From Selaginella moellendorffii (taxonomy: Eukaryota; Plantae; Lycopodiophyta), in NCBI RefSeq assembly GCF_000143415.4, contig NW_003314294.1:57402-121401 (forward strand): a stretch of DNA of 64,000 bases, in the 5' to 3' direction. Below, piece after piece: positions 36,871 to 49,123 of this stretch (positions are counted from its first letter, which is position 1; each line of letters starts with the position of its first letter). The position numbers and the translations under genes were made by a program. The notes under the pieces were generated by a model. The model ran no database searches and was not told the origin of the DNA. It saw only the letters and a program-made list of their open reading frames with translations.

Positions 36871-37275
36871 TTATGAACATTCATGAAATTCAACAGTATG
36901 TTCAGCATGTTCAAAACAACCTCTGAAGGACCACATATACCAACCGCCCCAACCTGTAGTGGTATATTTTGCTGCACCAGTAAAAATTATTACATGATAA
37001 GTTTCATAACCCATGGAGAAATCTTCACTTTCTATTATTGGATTTGGATCTGTTTTTTCGTTGAAGTCGTTCTCATTTGCTTGATTATATATAAAAATAT
37101 TTACCTTTTTTTTTTTGAGTTTTGAGTTGTAATAATCTAATTTACACATCATAGAACTTTGCATATTTACAGGATTCCAACAATGGTCAAAAGTTTGAGC
37201 AATAGTAAAGATTATAGAACATGTAAATCCTAACACCAAAATAAGGATGAATGAACAAAACTTTACTAATCCCAT
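36871..37275 (-). CDS. small secreted protein of unknown function (134 aa), paralog A
   Basis: Hydrophobic signal peptide, four conserved mature Cys, intronless, clearly homologous to 40272-40685. Confidence 0.85.
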   Translation of the reverse strand: MGLVKFCSFILILVLGFTCSIIFTIAQTFDHCWNPVNMQSSMMCKLDYYNSKLKKKKVNIFIYNQANENDFNEKTDPNPIIESEDFSMGYETYHVIIFTGAAKYTTTGWGGWYMWSFRGCFEHAEHTVEFHECS

Positions 37276-38163
37276 ATTTGAAGAGAATTTTATTATGTCT
37301 ATTACACTTGTTGTTAAATGGAAATGGACTATGATTTAAATGAAGTTTCAACAATAAGGACAAAAAACATTGTTAACACTTTCTTAAGTTGATTTAACAG
37401 TACTATGATACCAAAACACCAGCTGTCTCTTGTTTTTATTTTTCTCCTATTATTCTCTCTCTATGTATGGTACTTGTATTGGATTTTTTTAAGCTTAGAA
37501 GAAAATTATTTCCCAAGAAATGCTAGTAAATACAAAAAATGTAAATTTTTTTTGGCAATTTTGATATTTATACATAATCTTACCAGGACAACATGAACCA
37601 TCCTTTGTATTATGAGTCTTGATAATCTTAATTTATCCCTCTCACTATGCTTTATGATTTTAAGAACAGTAATATATTACTACTTGGACAAAATATATTA
37701 CTAAATTAATATATTACTAAATTTTTTATTAATATAGATTCAGTATTGATGTGAAGAAATCTAAAGCACTAAGATTTTAAGCAGATAAAAGAAAAATGTG
37801 TAACTAAAAGTAGCTATTATTAATATATATGTAGTTAATGACTTTTTAAATCTTGAATTGAATTAGTAAAATACCATATCATGTTTTCTAAGGTATGGAT
37901 TAAGACATTTAATTTTATATAATTGTCTACCTGTCTACTATTTGCCAGAAAATTCATTATAAACTATTATTTAACTATTTTACTCAATTAACCTAGTAAG
38001 GTTAAAATTGCAAAATTAAATTCTAGATTTTTGCTAGAGTATATATATAAGGGCATTCCAAAGATGTAACATTCAATCAACACAGTTTGAAAAGAAGCTG
38101 GTGCTCGCAAGCTCCAATACAGATTGCTACAAACTCCAAGTTCAAGGGGGTGTCACAGACATC

Positions 38164-39593
38164 TTACCCAACCAAGTTGTAGTGAGAATCAACGTGAGCC
38201 TCAGCGTCCCACAAGAAGCTCCCAAACACCACCGCTTCCGTCACCAATCTCCTCAGCCCGGACAAGCTGATGGTAAACGAGTCACCGGCGAGCAAAACCA
38301 CGGATCCATCCGGGGCGATCTCCGCCTCGGGCTTGCCAAACAGCGCCTGTGTCTGCCTCTCCACAACGTCCAAGCTCTCCTTGCAACGCAGCGTCGCAAA
38401 CCTCTGCAAGCTCTCCGGGTCCAGCGACATGACATAGCTCTTGAGCTTGCTCGGCTTCCATCCCAGCTGCGGGAAAACTCCGGATCCTCCAAGCCCGCCT
38501 CGAGTGGTCGACGATTTTGCCGCTTGCATCGCTTGCACTGCCGCGTTTGCCTCGGCCGCCAGCTTCTCTCCCTCTGCGTCAGTCTTAAAGTCGAGCTCCT
38601 CGGACACTCCCGGCCCTGACTCCACTCCTTGTTCTTCGTCCTCGTGTTTGTCGCTGCTCAGAGCTTTCTTCATGCTCAGGTCGAGCTGATATCTCTGGTC
38701 GAGACGCCGGAGGAAGTAGCCAAACACCACCGTCGCCGCATAGAGATGGCCGATCTTCATCTTGCTGGCTTGGACCAGAGTGTATGGCTCTTGGTAGTGC
38801 GGCGAGGGGCGGCCGAGGATCATCCCGAGGTGGTCTCTCACGACCTCAAGAACCTCGGCCGAGTGGATCGATTCCATGTCGCCCTGCACGGATTGCCAGT
38901 TGGTGTCCACCTTTTGGTTCGCGGGGAGGCTCGGAATCTTGGGAACCAGAGCCAGCCTCGAGTCGAGGAACTTTTGGACGACTAGAGAATAGATCACTTC
39001 CACGACCGCTTTCTGGCGCTCCTGTTCTTTAACTTCCGCGATTCTCCTGAGAAAGGAAAATAGAAGAGAGAGTTGGCTTACGTCTTTCCATTGACAAACT
39101 TCTCTTTTCTACGTAAGAGAGAAACTTACTTGTAGAGGACGAGCTCTGAGCCGGAAGAATTGGTCGACTTCTCAGCCGCGGCGTTCTTATCAGCGGCAAG
39201 CTGCTGGATGTGCTGCTCGGCTGCTTCTAGGAAGAGATGAGGATGGCTCTGGAGCAGCGAGACTAGGAACTGGCCGATGGGCGACTCGGGCTCCCAAGGA
39301 CCGACCATGGAAGTGGCACTACTTCTTCCACTCTGAGCTTTGACAATGTGACACGGACCTCTTCCCGGCCTGGAAAACCCATTTTTTATCCTCAGCGAGT
39401 CCCTCTTCCCAAAGAAACTTGTGGAAGCCTGCGAGAGAGACGAGAGAGGGAGCTCAGATCTAGCCACATCTTGCCCAAATTTCCCTACCGTGAAGTGGAT
39501 GCTGCGCTTGGCACCGACGCTGGATTGCTGCGCCCGGTACGAGCTGCTCGCAAATCCGCCGCTGCTGGAAGATCCCACTTGCACTGCCGCCAT
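38164..39593 (-). CDS. DUF760 / UV-B-induced At3g17800-like plastid protein
   Basis: Exons 39593-39130 and 39046-38164; PESPIGQFL...HPHL, LYKRIAEVKE.ER..AVVEVIY, LYAATVVFGYFLRR, ERQTQALFG and EAVVFGSFLWDAE. Confidence 0.92.
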
Positions 39594-40271
39594 CGCCGAG
39601 ACCCGCCGAGACCGCCTCACGCTCAGACCTAAAAATGAAAATCTCACGCGGCCTTTTGACCCTTTGGTGTCGGAGGAATCCACGTGGCTGCTTCGCAATG
39701 TTCCACGTCGGTCAAAATTCTATGATCCACTAGTTCGTTCGGTGACTAGTTGTTAACATATGTAAAAGGAATATTGGGTGTGGAATCAACTCCATATACG
39801 AAAGTGTTAAGTGGATTAATTTGTAGATGGATTGCTAGAGCACAAATGAATCGATTCCATTCGATTCGTTTGTCCCTTGCTAGATTTTATGTCAAGTTTT
39901 GATTATACATGTAAGCACCAAGAATCTCCAGCTAGCTTTCTCCAAGTTTTCAATGATACTCCCAGCATCCAGCACTATCACTAAGTTTAGAGCTGCCTAG
40001 TCCTACATTAACATTGGTCAATCTTACAAATATATTTCGTAATTGGATTTTAGTTGTTGGCGCTAGAAAAATTCTAAACACTGCAAGATTTTATAATGTT
40101 TATTTGTATTAAAATCTGTTGTTCTAAACCTACTGAGAACCATAGGAGAAAGATTTTTACATGTGTCTATATAATTCATATACACTGTTTCTCATAAATG
40201 GTATCTGAGCTTTTGTGTTTAGTTTAATATTTTTATTATATACAAATACAACGTATTCATGCTTTCCGCCC

Positions 40272-40685
40272 ATGGCATTTCCAAAGTTTTATTTATTTAG
40301 TTTTTTTTCACTTTTACTGTATACAAGTTTTATAATTGTTACTCTTTCTCAAGGATTTAATCACTGTTGGAATACTGATTGGAAAAAAATAATGACTTGT
40401 AAATTAGATTATTACAGATCTAAACATAAAGGAAATGCCTATATATTTATATATAACAAATCAAAGTCTTTCAAAGAAGCAATAACTCCAAATCCAATAG
40501 AAGAAGCAGATGATTTTCAAATAGACAGTGATGATTTGCAAGCAATAGTTTTTATTGGCACAGCAAAATACACCACTACTGGTTGGAGTGGCTGGGATTG
40601 GTGGTCTTTTACAGGTTGTTACAAACATGTCGATCATACTGTTGAATTTTATGAATATGGACCAAATAAGAATTGTGAAATTTAA
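40272..40685 (+). CDS. small secreted protein of unknown function (137 aa), paralog B
   Basis: MAFPKFYLFSFFSLLLYTSFIIVTLSQ signal peptide; shares HCWN, CKLDYY.SK, IFIYN, PNPI, AKYTTTGW.GW..WSF.GC and HTVEF with paralog A. Confidence 0.85.
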   Translation: MAFPKFYLFSFFSLLLYTSFIIVTLSQGFNHCWNTDWKKIMTCKLDYYRSKHKGNAYIFIYNKSKSFKEAITPNPIEEADDFQIDSDDLQAIVFIGTAKYTTTGWSGWDWWSFTGCYKHVDHTVEFYEYGPNKNCEI

Positions 40686-41109
40686 TATGAATTCCTCTTG
40701 TACTTTATATTTTATAAAATAATTTGCTAAGTGTTGCATGCATCAAGGCATGGTTTGCTAATTAATTATTATTTAATAATTTGATTTATGAAATGGAAGT
40801 TTATAATATGGTGAAATAAATCAGAATATACTAGAAAGTGTTTAAGAATGTTTATAAATTATAAATACAAAATTAATCTAAATGAATAACAACTGTTAAA
40901 TGGTAAAATATTCTAGAATATTCAAATAAATTCCAAGTATATTCATTAAGTCTAAGAGTAGAAAGACCAATTGATTTTATAGACCATTCTACTTGGTTTT
41001 TACTGCAATTGCCAATAATAATAGTAATACTGTTTATACACTTCTCCCACTTCCAAGGGATCTGGCTAAAAAGGGAAAAAGAAGAAAAAAGAAAAAAAAA
41101 GGGAGAGTT

Positions 41110-44100
41110 TTAAGCAACTCCAGCAGGAGCTTCAATGCTCGAGCTCGATGCGGTTCCAGCAGTTCCGTTCAGCACCGTCACGTTTCCTTCAGAGTCCACA
41201 TCTATGATCGCCGAATCGCCCTCTTTCACCTCCCCGGACAGCATCCTCTCGGCCATGCTATCCTCGAGAAGCCTCATGATCGCCCTTCGCAGCGGCCGAG
41301 CTCCATAGCTCGGGCTATATCCCTCGTCCACCACCCGGTCTCTAAACCTCTCCGTCACCTGGAGATCGATCTCCTTCTTCTTGAGCCGCTCAAACACCTC
41401 CTTGAGCATGATATCCGCAATCTCCTTCACCTCCGTCTTGGTCAGCTGCCTAAACACGATGATCTCGTCCAGACGGTTCAAAAACTCGGGCCTGAAGTAC
41501 TGCTTGAGCTCCTCGTTCACCAGCGTCTTGATCCGGTTGTAGCTGCTGTCCTTCTCGCCGTAGTCGAGCTGGAAGCCAATGCCGCCGCCACCCTTCTCGA
41601 TCACGCTGCTTCCCACGTTGGAGGTCATGATCAGCAGCGTGTTCTTGAAGTCCACCGTTCGTCCCTTGCTGTCCGTGAGCCTCCCGTCCTCGAGGATCTG
41701 GAGCATCATGTTGAACACGTCCGGGTGAGCTTTCTCGATCTCGTCGAACAGCACCACGGTGTAAGGACGCCTCCTCACGGCCTCTGTGAGCTGGCCTCCC
41801 TCTGTGTAGCCAACGTATCCCGGAGGCGAGCCGATGAGCTTTGACACCGTGTGTCTTTCCATGAACTCGCTCATGTCGAGCCTGACCATGGCCTCCTCCG
41901 AGCCGAAGTAGTACGCCGCCAGGGCCTTTGCGAGCTCCGACTTTCCAACACCGGTAGGACCGGAGAAAATGAAGCTTGCAATGGGACGGTTCGGGTTCTT
42001 GAGGCCGACGCGAGCGCGGCGGATGGCTCGGCTGATCGCCTTCACTGCCTCGTCCTGTCCAATGACGCGCTGGTGGAGCGTCTCCTCCATTTTCATCAGC
42101 CTGTCCGACTCGTCGGTTGAGACTTTCTCCACGGGAATGCCTGTCCATGCTGACACTATCTGCTGGATATCGGCCTCTGTGACCAAGGGACCTGTTTCGC
42201 CGGCTTCGGTTTCTGCCTTGGACTTCTCTTTTCCTTTCTCGGTGATGGCTGAGATCTGTGCCTTGAGCTCCATCTCGCGATCTCTCAGCTCGCCAGCCTG
42301 CCAGAATAAAAATCAGTCAATTACCATGTAAAATAAAATGGCCTAAGTAAAGACGACGGACCTTCTCAAAGTCTTGTCCACGCACAGCTTCGTTTTTCTC
42401 TTTGGTGATCTGCCTGAGTTCCTTGTCAAGATCTCTGGCTTCTTCAGGCAGCTACAGAAAGAAAGAAACAGAAAACGTGTTAGTTGCGATGTCCAAGACT
42501 AAAAACAGCGTCACCTGTGCGTGTCTCAGTCGGACGCGAGAACCAGCTTCGTCGATAAGATCAATGGCCTTGTCCGGAAGGAAACGGTCGCTGATATACT
42601 GGTAAGACAGCTGAGCAGCAGCGACAAGCGCCTCATCTGTGTACCGTAGCTTGTGATGGATTTCATATCGCTCTCGCAGTCCTTTGAGAATTTGAATGGT
42701 TTCGTCGACGGTGGGCTCCGGCACATTAACTGGCTGGAATCGTCTTTCCAGGGCGGGATCCTTCTCTATATGTTTCCTGTACTCGTCAATGGTCGTAGCA
42801 CCAATGCACTGGCAAAAACTGGAATTAGCACAAGTTTCACGATACAAATATTTACCTGAAGTTCGCCACGAGCAAGAGCAGGCTTCAAAATATTGGCCGC
42901 ATCGATGGCTCCTTCAGCAGCGCCAGCTCCAATCAAAGTATGCACCTCATCGATAACAAGAATAATGTCATCGGATTGCTTAATTTCTTCCATGAGTTTC
43001 TTCAGACGCTCTTCAAATTCTCCACGGTACTTTGTCCCGGCGACAAGCAGTCCCATGTCTAATGTAACGACCTGAAATATTCAAAGTCAATATGCAAGGA
43101 CATTTTTCAAAGAAAATGCATAGAACCTTTTTCCCTTCAATAGTTTCAGGAACGTCTCCTGTCGCAATTCGCTGCGCAAGACCTTCTGCAATTGCAGTCT
43201 TTCCAACGCCAGGTTCTCCAATCAAACAAGGATTGTTCTTCGTCCGACGACCAAGAATTTGTGTAACACGCTCAATTTGTTGCTGCCTTCCCACCACGGG
43301 ATCTAGTTTACCCTGTGCAAAAAATAAAAACTTGAGCTACTTGACAAGTTCTCCAGACACGGGCACTTACTTCTTCTGCTAGTTTTGTCAAGTTCGTGCC
43401 ATACTCCTCCAACGTTGGCATCTTGTTGCTACTGCTACCTCCGCCGACACTCGCACCAACAGCCTCTGTGCTCTCTCCGACCATTCGAATAACCTGAAAA
43501 ACAACACGAATGTTTTTTCTTGTTACTTCAATTAGCTAGGTTTACCTGCGTCCGAATGTTTCCAGGATCAGCTCCCAGGTTTTCAAGCACACGAGCTGCC
43601 ACACCTTCTCCTTCTCGCAAAAGTCCAAGAAGCAAATGCTCCGACCCGATGTAATTGTGTCCTGTGAGACAAAAGACAAAAGAATAACACGTTGTGAGCT
43701 GCAAAAGCTTTCAAGCAAGACGACCACTCACCCAGCTGGCGTGCTTCTTCGAGAGAAAGCTCCAATACACGCTTTGCGCGAGGAGTGAAAGGAATCTCCA
43801 CGGCAACAAAACCACTTCCCCTTCCAATAATCTTCTCAACCTCCACCCGAGCTTCCTTGAGATTAACTCCCATGGACTTCAAAACCTTGGCAGCGATACC
43901 GGTCCCTTCTCCGATAAGACCCAGAAGAATCTGTTCAGTGCCTACAAAATTGTGTCCCAGCCTGCGAGCCTCCTCCTGTGCCAGCATGATAACTTTGATG
44001 GCTTTCTCGGTGAAGCGCTCGAACATAGCGACAACCACACCACGAGAAGCACCTCTTCCCCCGCTGGTGGAAACACTTGAAACCACTGAGTTCCAATCCT

Positions 44101-44332
44101 TGCAAGTTCTCGTTGCTAGAGAATCCAAGGGACTTGGCTTTCGCATGCCGACATACGTTTGTAGCGTCCTCGTTCTCGTGATAAAGGCTGCTCGGACTTG
44201 GCCATGATTCGAGCCTCTTATCATACTCACAGTACCTCTTCTTGTTCTACTGGATTTTTGTTGCCGGCTTGCGGGAACGCTGCGAATCCCAGCCGACAGG
44301 GCTGGAGACTGAGAAAGTGCTCCGGCCGCCAT
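41110..44332 (-). CDS. clpC: chloroplast Hsp100 chaperone ClpC, multi-exon
   Basis: Transit peptide, then [25 protein letters not shown]; Walker A motifs GEPGVGKT and GPTGVGKS; RLDMSEFME and GARPLRR. Confidence 0.97.
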
Positions 44333-44809
44333 GTTTCTCGACTTATTGGAAGATCTTGGTTTCTGCAAAACAAAAAATCTTGAGTTCGAGAAAAAAAATC
44401 GCAAAAGGAATCAAACCAGCAACCAAAAGCAGAGAAGAAATTTAGACTTTCAGCGAAGAAAGCAAACCAGAGAAAAAATATTAAGTCCAGCAAAGAAAAA
44501 AACACGAAAAAATCAATGCTCTGTGCAGGAAACCGTGCCGCCACACAAATGCCTCGAGCGGGAAACGCCGCAATCCAAGCAGCGCCACAGCAGCTGGAAT
44601 TCACCGATTACTCACGCGCACAGCAAGCGGCCGCGAGAATCCAAAAACCCTAGAATCCGAAACGCACGAAATCTAACCAAAACCTCGTCGCCAATCCGCG
44701 AGAGCGCGGCCAGCGCAAGAGCTTTGGATTGGCACGCGAGCGCTTACCGGAGCCCTGGAGCCGCCTTCACCTCCTCCACACAAACACGCAAATTTTGGAG
44801 ATATCCTGC

Positions 44810-46441
44810 TCAAAGCTTACGGCATTTAACGGTATATGCCGAGGCGGTGGCGGAATAATCACCCGCGCTAGCGGAATATCCTTGGATGTTTCCAAACAGC
44901 ACGCATCGCCACTCTACCGCCTCTGGGACGTAGGGCATCGTCCGCGCGAGCTCTTGGGCGCCCTCCACGTGGCCGGCCCTGGACAGTAGATCTATCATAG
45001 CGCTATAATGTTGCTTAGATGGAGAGATGCCAAAGTCTAAAACCATGGAAAGAAAGAAACTCCTTGCTATGGAGAGCTGTCCAATGTAGCTAGTGGAAAT
45101 TAGCAGCAAAACAAAGCAAATAGAGTCCGGTGATACGTCGAAATTCATTAGAGTAAAAAGATAGCGTGCGTGGTAAAAATGCCCATTTTGGGCATATGCC
45201 GCCAGCAAGGCAGTCCACGTCACAAGGTCCCTTTGGGGCATTGCACGGAAGAGTATCTCGGCGTGGAAAACATGTCTGTTGTAGGTATATCCTAGTAGTA
45301 CGGAATTCCACGTCGGCATTGTCTTCTCTGGAGCTTCGTACAGTGTACGTTTTGCTAGACCCATTTGCCCATTGTGGGCATATGTCCAAGTTATTAATTC
45401 GTACAATCTCGAGTCCCGGTAGGGCATTCTTTCGTACAGGTCCACTGAACAGTCGAGATTCCCATGTTGCGAATATGCTCCCATCATGCACGTGTACGAC
45501 ACAACGTCGTGGACTGGCATCTGGTCAAACGTACACTTGACGAGTTCTAGATTCCCAGTTTGGGAATATGCCGCGAGCATTGCGTTCCAGGAAATGGAAT
45601 CCCTCTCTGGCATAGAGTTAAAAAGATTCTCTGCCTCTTGAACTAAACCATCATTGGAATATAGCCCCAGTAGCGACGTGAACGAAGACAAGCTTCTCTC
45701 TGGCATGGATTTAAAGATTCTTTCAGATTCGAAAAGTTGCCCATTTGTGGCATTTGCAAGAAGAAGAACGTTCCATGCGATGATATCCCGCTCTTGCATT
45801 GCATTAAAAACAACCGCGATTTCATCAAAGCAGCCGTGGTTAGCATAAACTCGCATGATAGCCGTACAAGACACAATATCCAGCTCCGGCATGGAGCCGT
45901 ATACCAGCTTTGTGTGTAAGAGTTCGCCACCTTCGGCATTTGCCGAAAGCAAACACGTCCACGAGACTAAACTCCACTGCGGCATTCGATCGAACAAAAC
46001 CTTCGCAGCGTCAATATCGCCAAGTTTCGAGCGGATCGAGAGCATCGAATTCCATGACACTAAGTTCTTCTCGGGCATGGCGGAGAAGAACCTCGCCGCA
46101 AGCTCGAATTCCCCGTTAGCAGCGTACGCTGCGAGCATGGACGTCCACGAGACGATGTTTCGTCCGGGCATTTCCTCAAACAGTCGCTCAGCCTCGCGCA
46201 GCTCACCATTACGAGCGTTTGCAGTGAGCATCATGTTCCAGGCCACGAGAGTTTTGTCCGGCATTTGCTCGAAGGTCTGCCTGGACTCTTTCAAGTTTTT
46301 GTTGCGGCAGTAGACGTAGAGGAGAGTCTCCCACGAGAAAGAGTCTCTGGCATTGTCTTTGATGGAATCAAAGACTTCTCTGGCTCGCTTCAAGTCGCCG
46401 GTCCTGCCATACATTTCAACGAGTTTTATCTGACAATTCAT
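44810..46441 (-). CDS. PLS/SS-type PPR protein, N-terminally short, with a truncated E region
   Basis: 31-aa repeats (IVSWTSMLAAYAANG) and HYSAMIDLLSRAG; first ATG at 46441. Confidence 0.85.
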   Translation of the reverse strand: MNCQIKLVEMYGRTGDLKRAREVFDSIKDNARDSFSWETLLYVYCRNKNLKESRQTFEQMPDKTLVAWNMMLTANARNGELREAERLFEEMPGRNIVSWTSMLAAYAANGEFELAARFFSAMPEKNLVSWNSMLSIRSKLGDIDAAKVLFDRMPQWSLVSWTCLLSANAEGGELLHTKLVYGSMPELDIVSCTAIMRVYANHGCFDEIAVVFNAMQERDIIAWNVLLLANATNGQLFESERIFKSMPERSLSSFTSLLGLYSNDGLVQEAENLFNSMPERDSISWNAMLAAYSQTGNLELVKCTFDQMPVHDVVSYTCMMGAYSQHGNLDCSVDLYERMPYRDSRLYELITWTYAHNGQMGLAKRTLYEAPEKTMPTWNSVLLGYTYNRHVFHAEILFRAMPQRDLVTWTALLAAYAQNGHFYHARYLFTLMNFDVSPDSICFVLLLISTSYIGQLSIARSFFLSMVLDFGISPSKQHYSAMIDLLSRAGHVEGAQELARTMPYVPEAVEWRCVLFGNIQGYSASAGDYSATASAYTVKCRKL

Positions 46442-46473
46442 AGCAACGAAAATGGTCACCTCTGGAAGATTTT

Positions 46474-48647
46474 TCAAAGGTTCCTCTCGTTGGGCTCCAA
46501 CCAAGGATGGCCTACGAACTCGAAGACTTCTTTCTCGTTCTTGCAGATGACTCGAGCGCCTTTGCTATCGACCTGAAGATAGCAGAAGCTTGTTTCCATA
46601 GAGTAGCATGTAAACAGTTTACTAACCTTGTGACGCTTGTGCTTCTCATACAAAATAGTTCTATACAAGCCAGTATCATCTAGTTTGTATCCTTTTTCAT
46701 TAGCTAGAATTCGCAGCCTGTGAAGCAACAAAAATCGCAATGCTATTTCTCATCGTTAACGCTACGTATGTACCTTCTGTTTAGAACATCGTTGCCAGTC
46801 CAAGCAATGAGGCCAAATGGATATTGCTCCCAAGAGTACACCTGAGTAGAATCTGTGATAATCAAAAGATCGTTTGAAACACAAACCTTAAAATCAATAC
46901 GATGCCGCTGCTCTCTTCCCGGATACTTGCATAACCCAAAGTAAGTATCCACAGCATCGTCGTTCAGTTCCTGCAATGTTGTTCATCTCATTAGCACAGG
47001 GAAGTGTTATTTCTACCTCGTGGTAACCAATCAGCAAGTCTTCGGTGAGAAAATCAATGTCTTTCAGTCGTTGGATTAAGCGCCTCAGGAATCCCTTGTG
47101 ACTGCAGTAAACTTTCAGTCAAAACTCATAACAATGTAAGCAGACCTTGTGCCATCCGAGTGAGTGACAATCATGTCCATATCCCCTACCAGCGACTTCC
47201 CACGTCTATAAGAACCTCCACAAACAACGGATATCTACAACGCAAGGATAAGCCGAGTGAAAAAACATATAATCAATAACACGATACCCCGGGTTGAATA
47301 GCACTAGCAATTTCTTGCACCAGATTTTCCACGTAGTTCGCCTAGAACGAAATGTCACTCAGGAGGACAAATCTCTAAATTGGATACCTCGCTGCGTGGA
47401 ATTTTTGCGTTGATATCCTCGAAATATTGCAGCCCAAGCCGTTGGGTACGTGTAAGTGACTCGTCATGCCTTAAGTCCTCCAAGGAACGATGACCTTTCT
47501 CGTAATATTTCAAAGCGTTCGATGGCCCAATCCCCCACACTGAACCGAAAAGAGAAACAGTTTTCACCTGTAAATCTCAGGATGTCAAGTCTTCAGAATT
47601 ACAGCGTTTACAAACGCACCTTTTCATCGTCTCTAAAATGCTCCAGTTTTGAAAGTTTCCCAGTGGATAGAATTTCCTGGATCTGTGAACCGACAACATG
47701 AAACACGAAAAAGAAGTAAATACGTACGTGATTCTGTAGCGACTTCCCGATTGATGGAGCATTCTTCACTTGGTATACACTCGTAACTTGATATGGTAGC
47801 TTTTCCAGATAGGATATCGCCTTGTGATAGCTATAAGATCTTCTGTTGTCTCCAAGACCTGAAAAACGTTCATGAACGTTTTGATGTACTCTTGCCAACA
47901 GAAATGCTCACCGTTTTTGTATATGTCCCGGAGTTCTCCAAAAGGGCCTGTAATATTTTGGTTGAGGTTTGGAGGAGCATAAATCTGTTACACAATCTAG
48001 ATATCAAACACGAGACCAATAAAAAGAGCCGCTTACCTCATTTTGCCCCGCGGAATCATCAGGTTCCTTTGGGAATACGAGTGCAGACCTCCATTCTTCA
48101 CGTTTAGTATCACTGATGGCAGCATCAGTGTCTGAGTTTAAGGATTCAGTAGCACTCTCGTCAGTCGCTGTGCAATCAGTTCCAGTGCCAGCGGATTCTT
48201 CAGCTGAGGCACCATGATAATCCTGAAACAAATTGTAAGACTCTGCAGGCAACCTTTGCCCTGCCTTGAGACAGTCTTCCAGCCAGTCGTATTTCAAAAA
48301 TGACTGAAAAAGAGAATGTGAGAAACATATCCAGCAAGAAATAAGGAACTCACCACTTTAAGCCGTTTCAGCCGTTTCAATCTCTTCCAATCCTTGCTCT
48401 GGTCCAAGTGTTGCGAAGAAACAGCAAAGACGTGAGTCAGCTGTTTTGTTACGTGATCTTCTATCTTTCCTCCCAATGCAGCGAGCTTTGTCTTCCACAC
48501 CTAGCAACGCAGCACACAATTCATATCGTAGAAAAAAAAACCAAAACTCCCGGCTACCTGAAGACGAAGCTGGACCACACCAGCCTCCACAAAAAACCCA
48601 ACAATCCCATCGAAAGAAAGCTTATCACTGGCGGTGGAAGTCGTCAT
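46474..48647 (-). CDS. POLL: DNA polymerase lambda (family X, N-terminal BRCT), multi-exon
   Basis: MTTSTASDKLSFDGIVGFFVE...WKTKL...THVFA (BRCT), WLEDCL, RRSYSYHKAI, VWGIGP, CGGSYRRGK..GDMD, HRIDFKV, AWTGND and WLEPNERNL*. Confidence 0.93.
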
Positions 48648-49123
48648 GCGAAGCGCTAAGCATCACCAAGAACAAAATGTGAGAGAAAGGGGCTAAGTAT
48701 TAAGTATTACTAGCACGCTACGTGTCGACTCAACTAAAAACAAGTTTGAAAAAGTCCATTCTAAAATTCTCTCGACGATCATCCAAGCAAACAACTTACT
48801 GTGTATGATCTTTCCAGTAGCCGAAGGACAAATCCCTCCAACCAAGCCGCATTCTTGATACCAAATCCTCGCCGCCGAGCCTGAGAAACGAAATTTGGTC
48901 AATCGAAGCAAAGATTTCGCGAAATTTCTCACCGGAGATTCCGACATTGATCGAAATCCACGGCAAAATCCGCCAAGAACTGCATCGCCGTGGAATCAAG
49001 CGCCTCGAGGGAGAAGAAATCCCGCCTCGCTTAAACCCTAAAACTCTACAACGCCACGTGTCGAAAACCAATTGTCAAGCTCTTTATTTACATTACATAC
49101 ACGAAAGACAAAACCTCTCTTTC

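Noticed and set aside
40993-41844. 283-aa plus-strand ORF and similar long antisense ORFs (6944-7699, 20898-21632, 23781-24380)
   Set aside because: Shadow frames of GC-rich genes on the opposite strand (ClpC, PME, CHS, SDH2).
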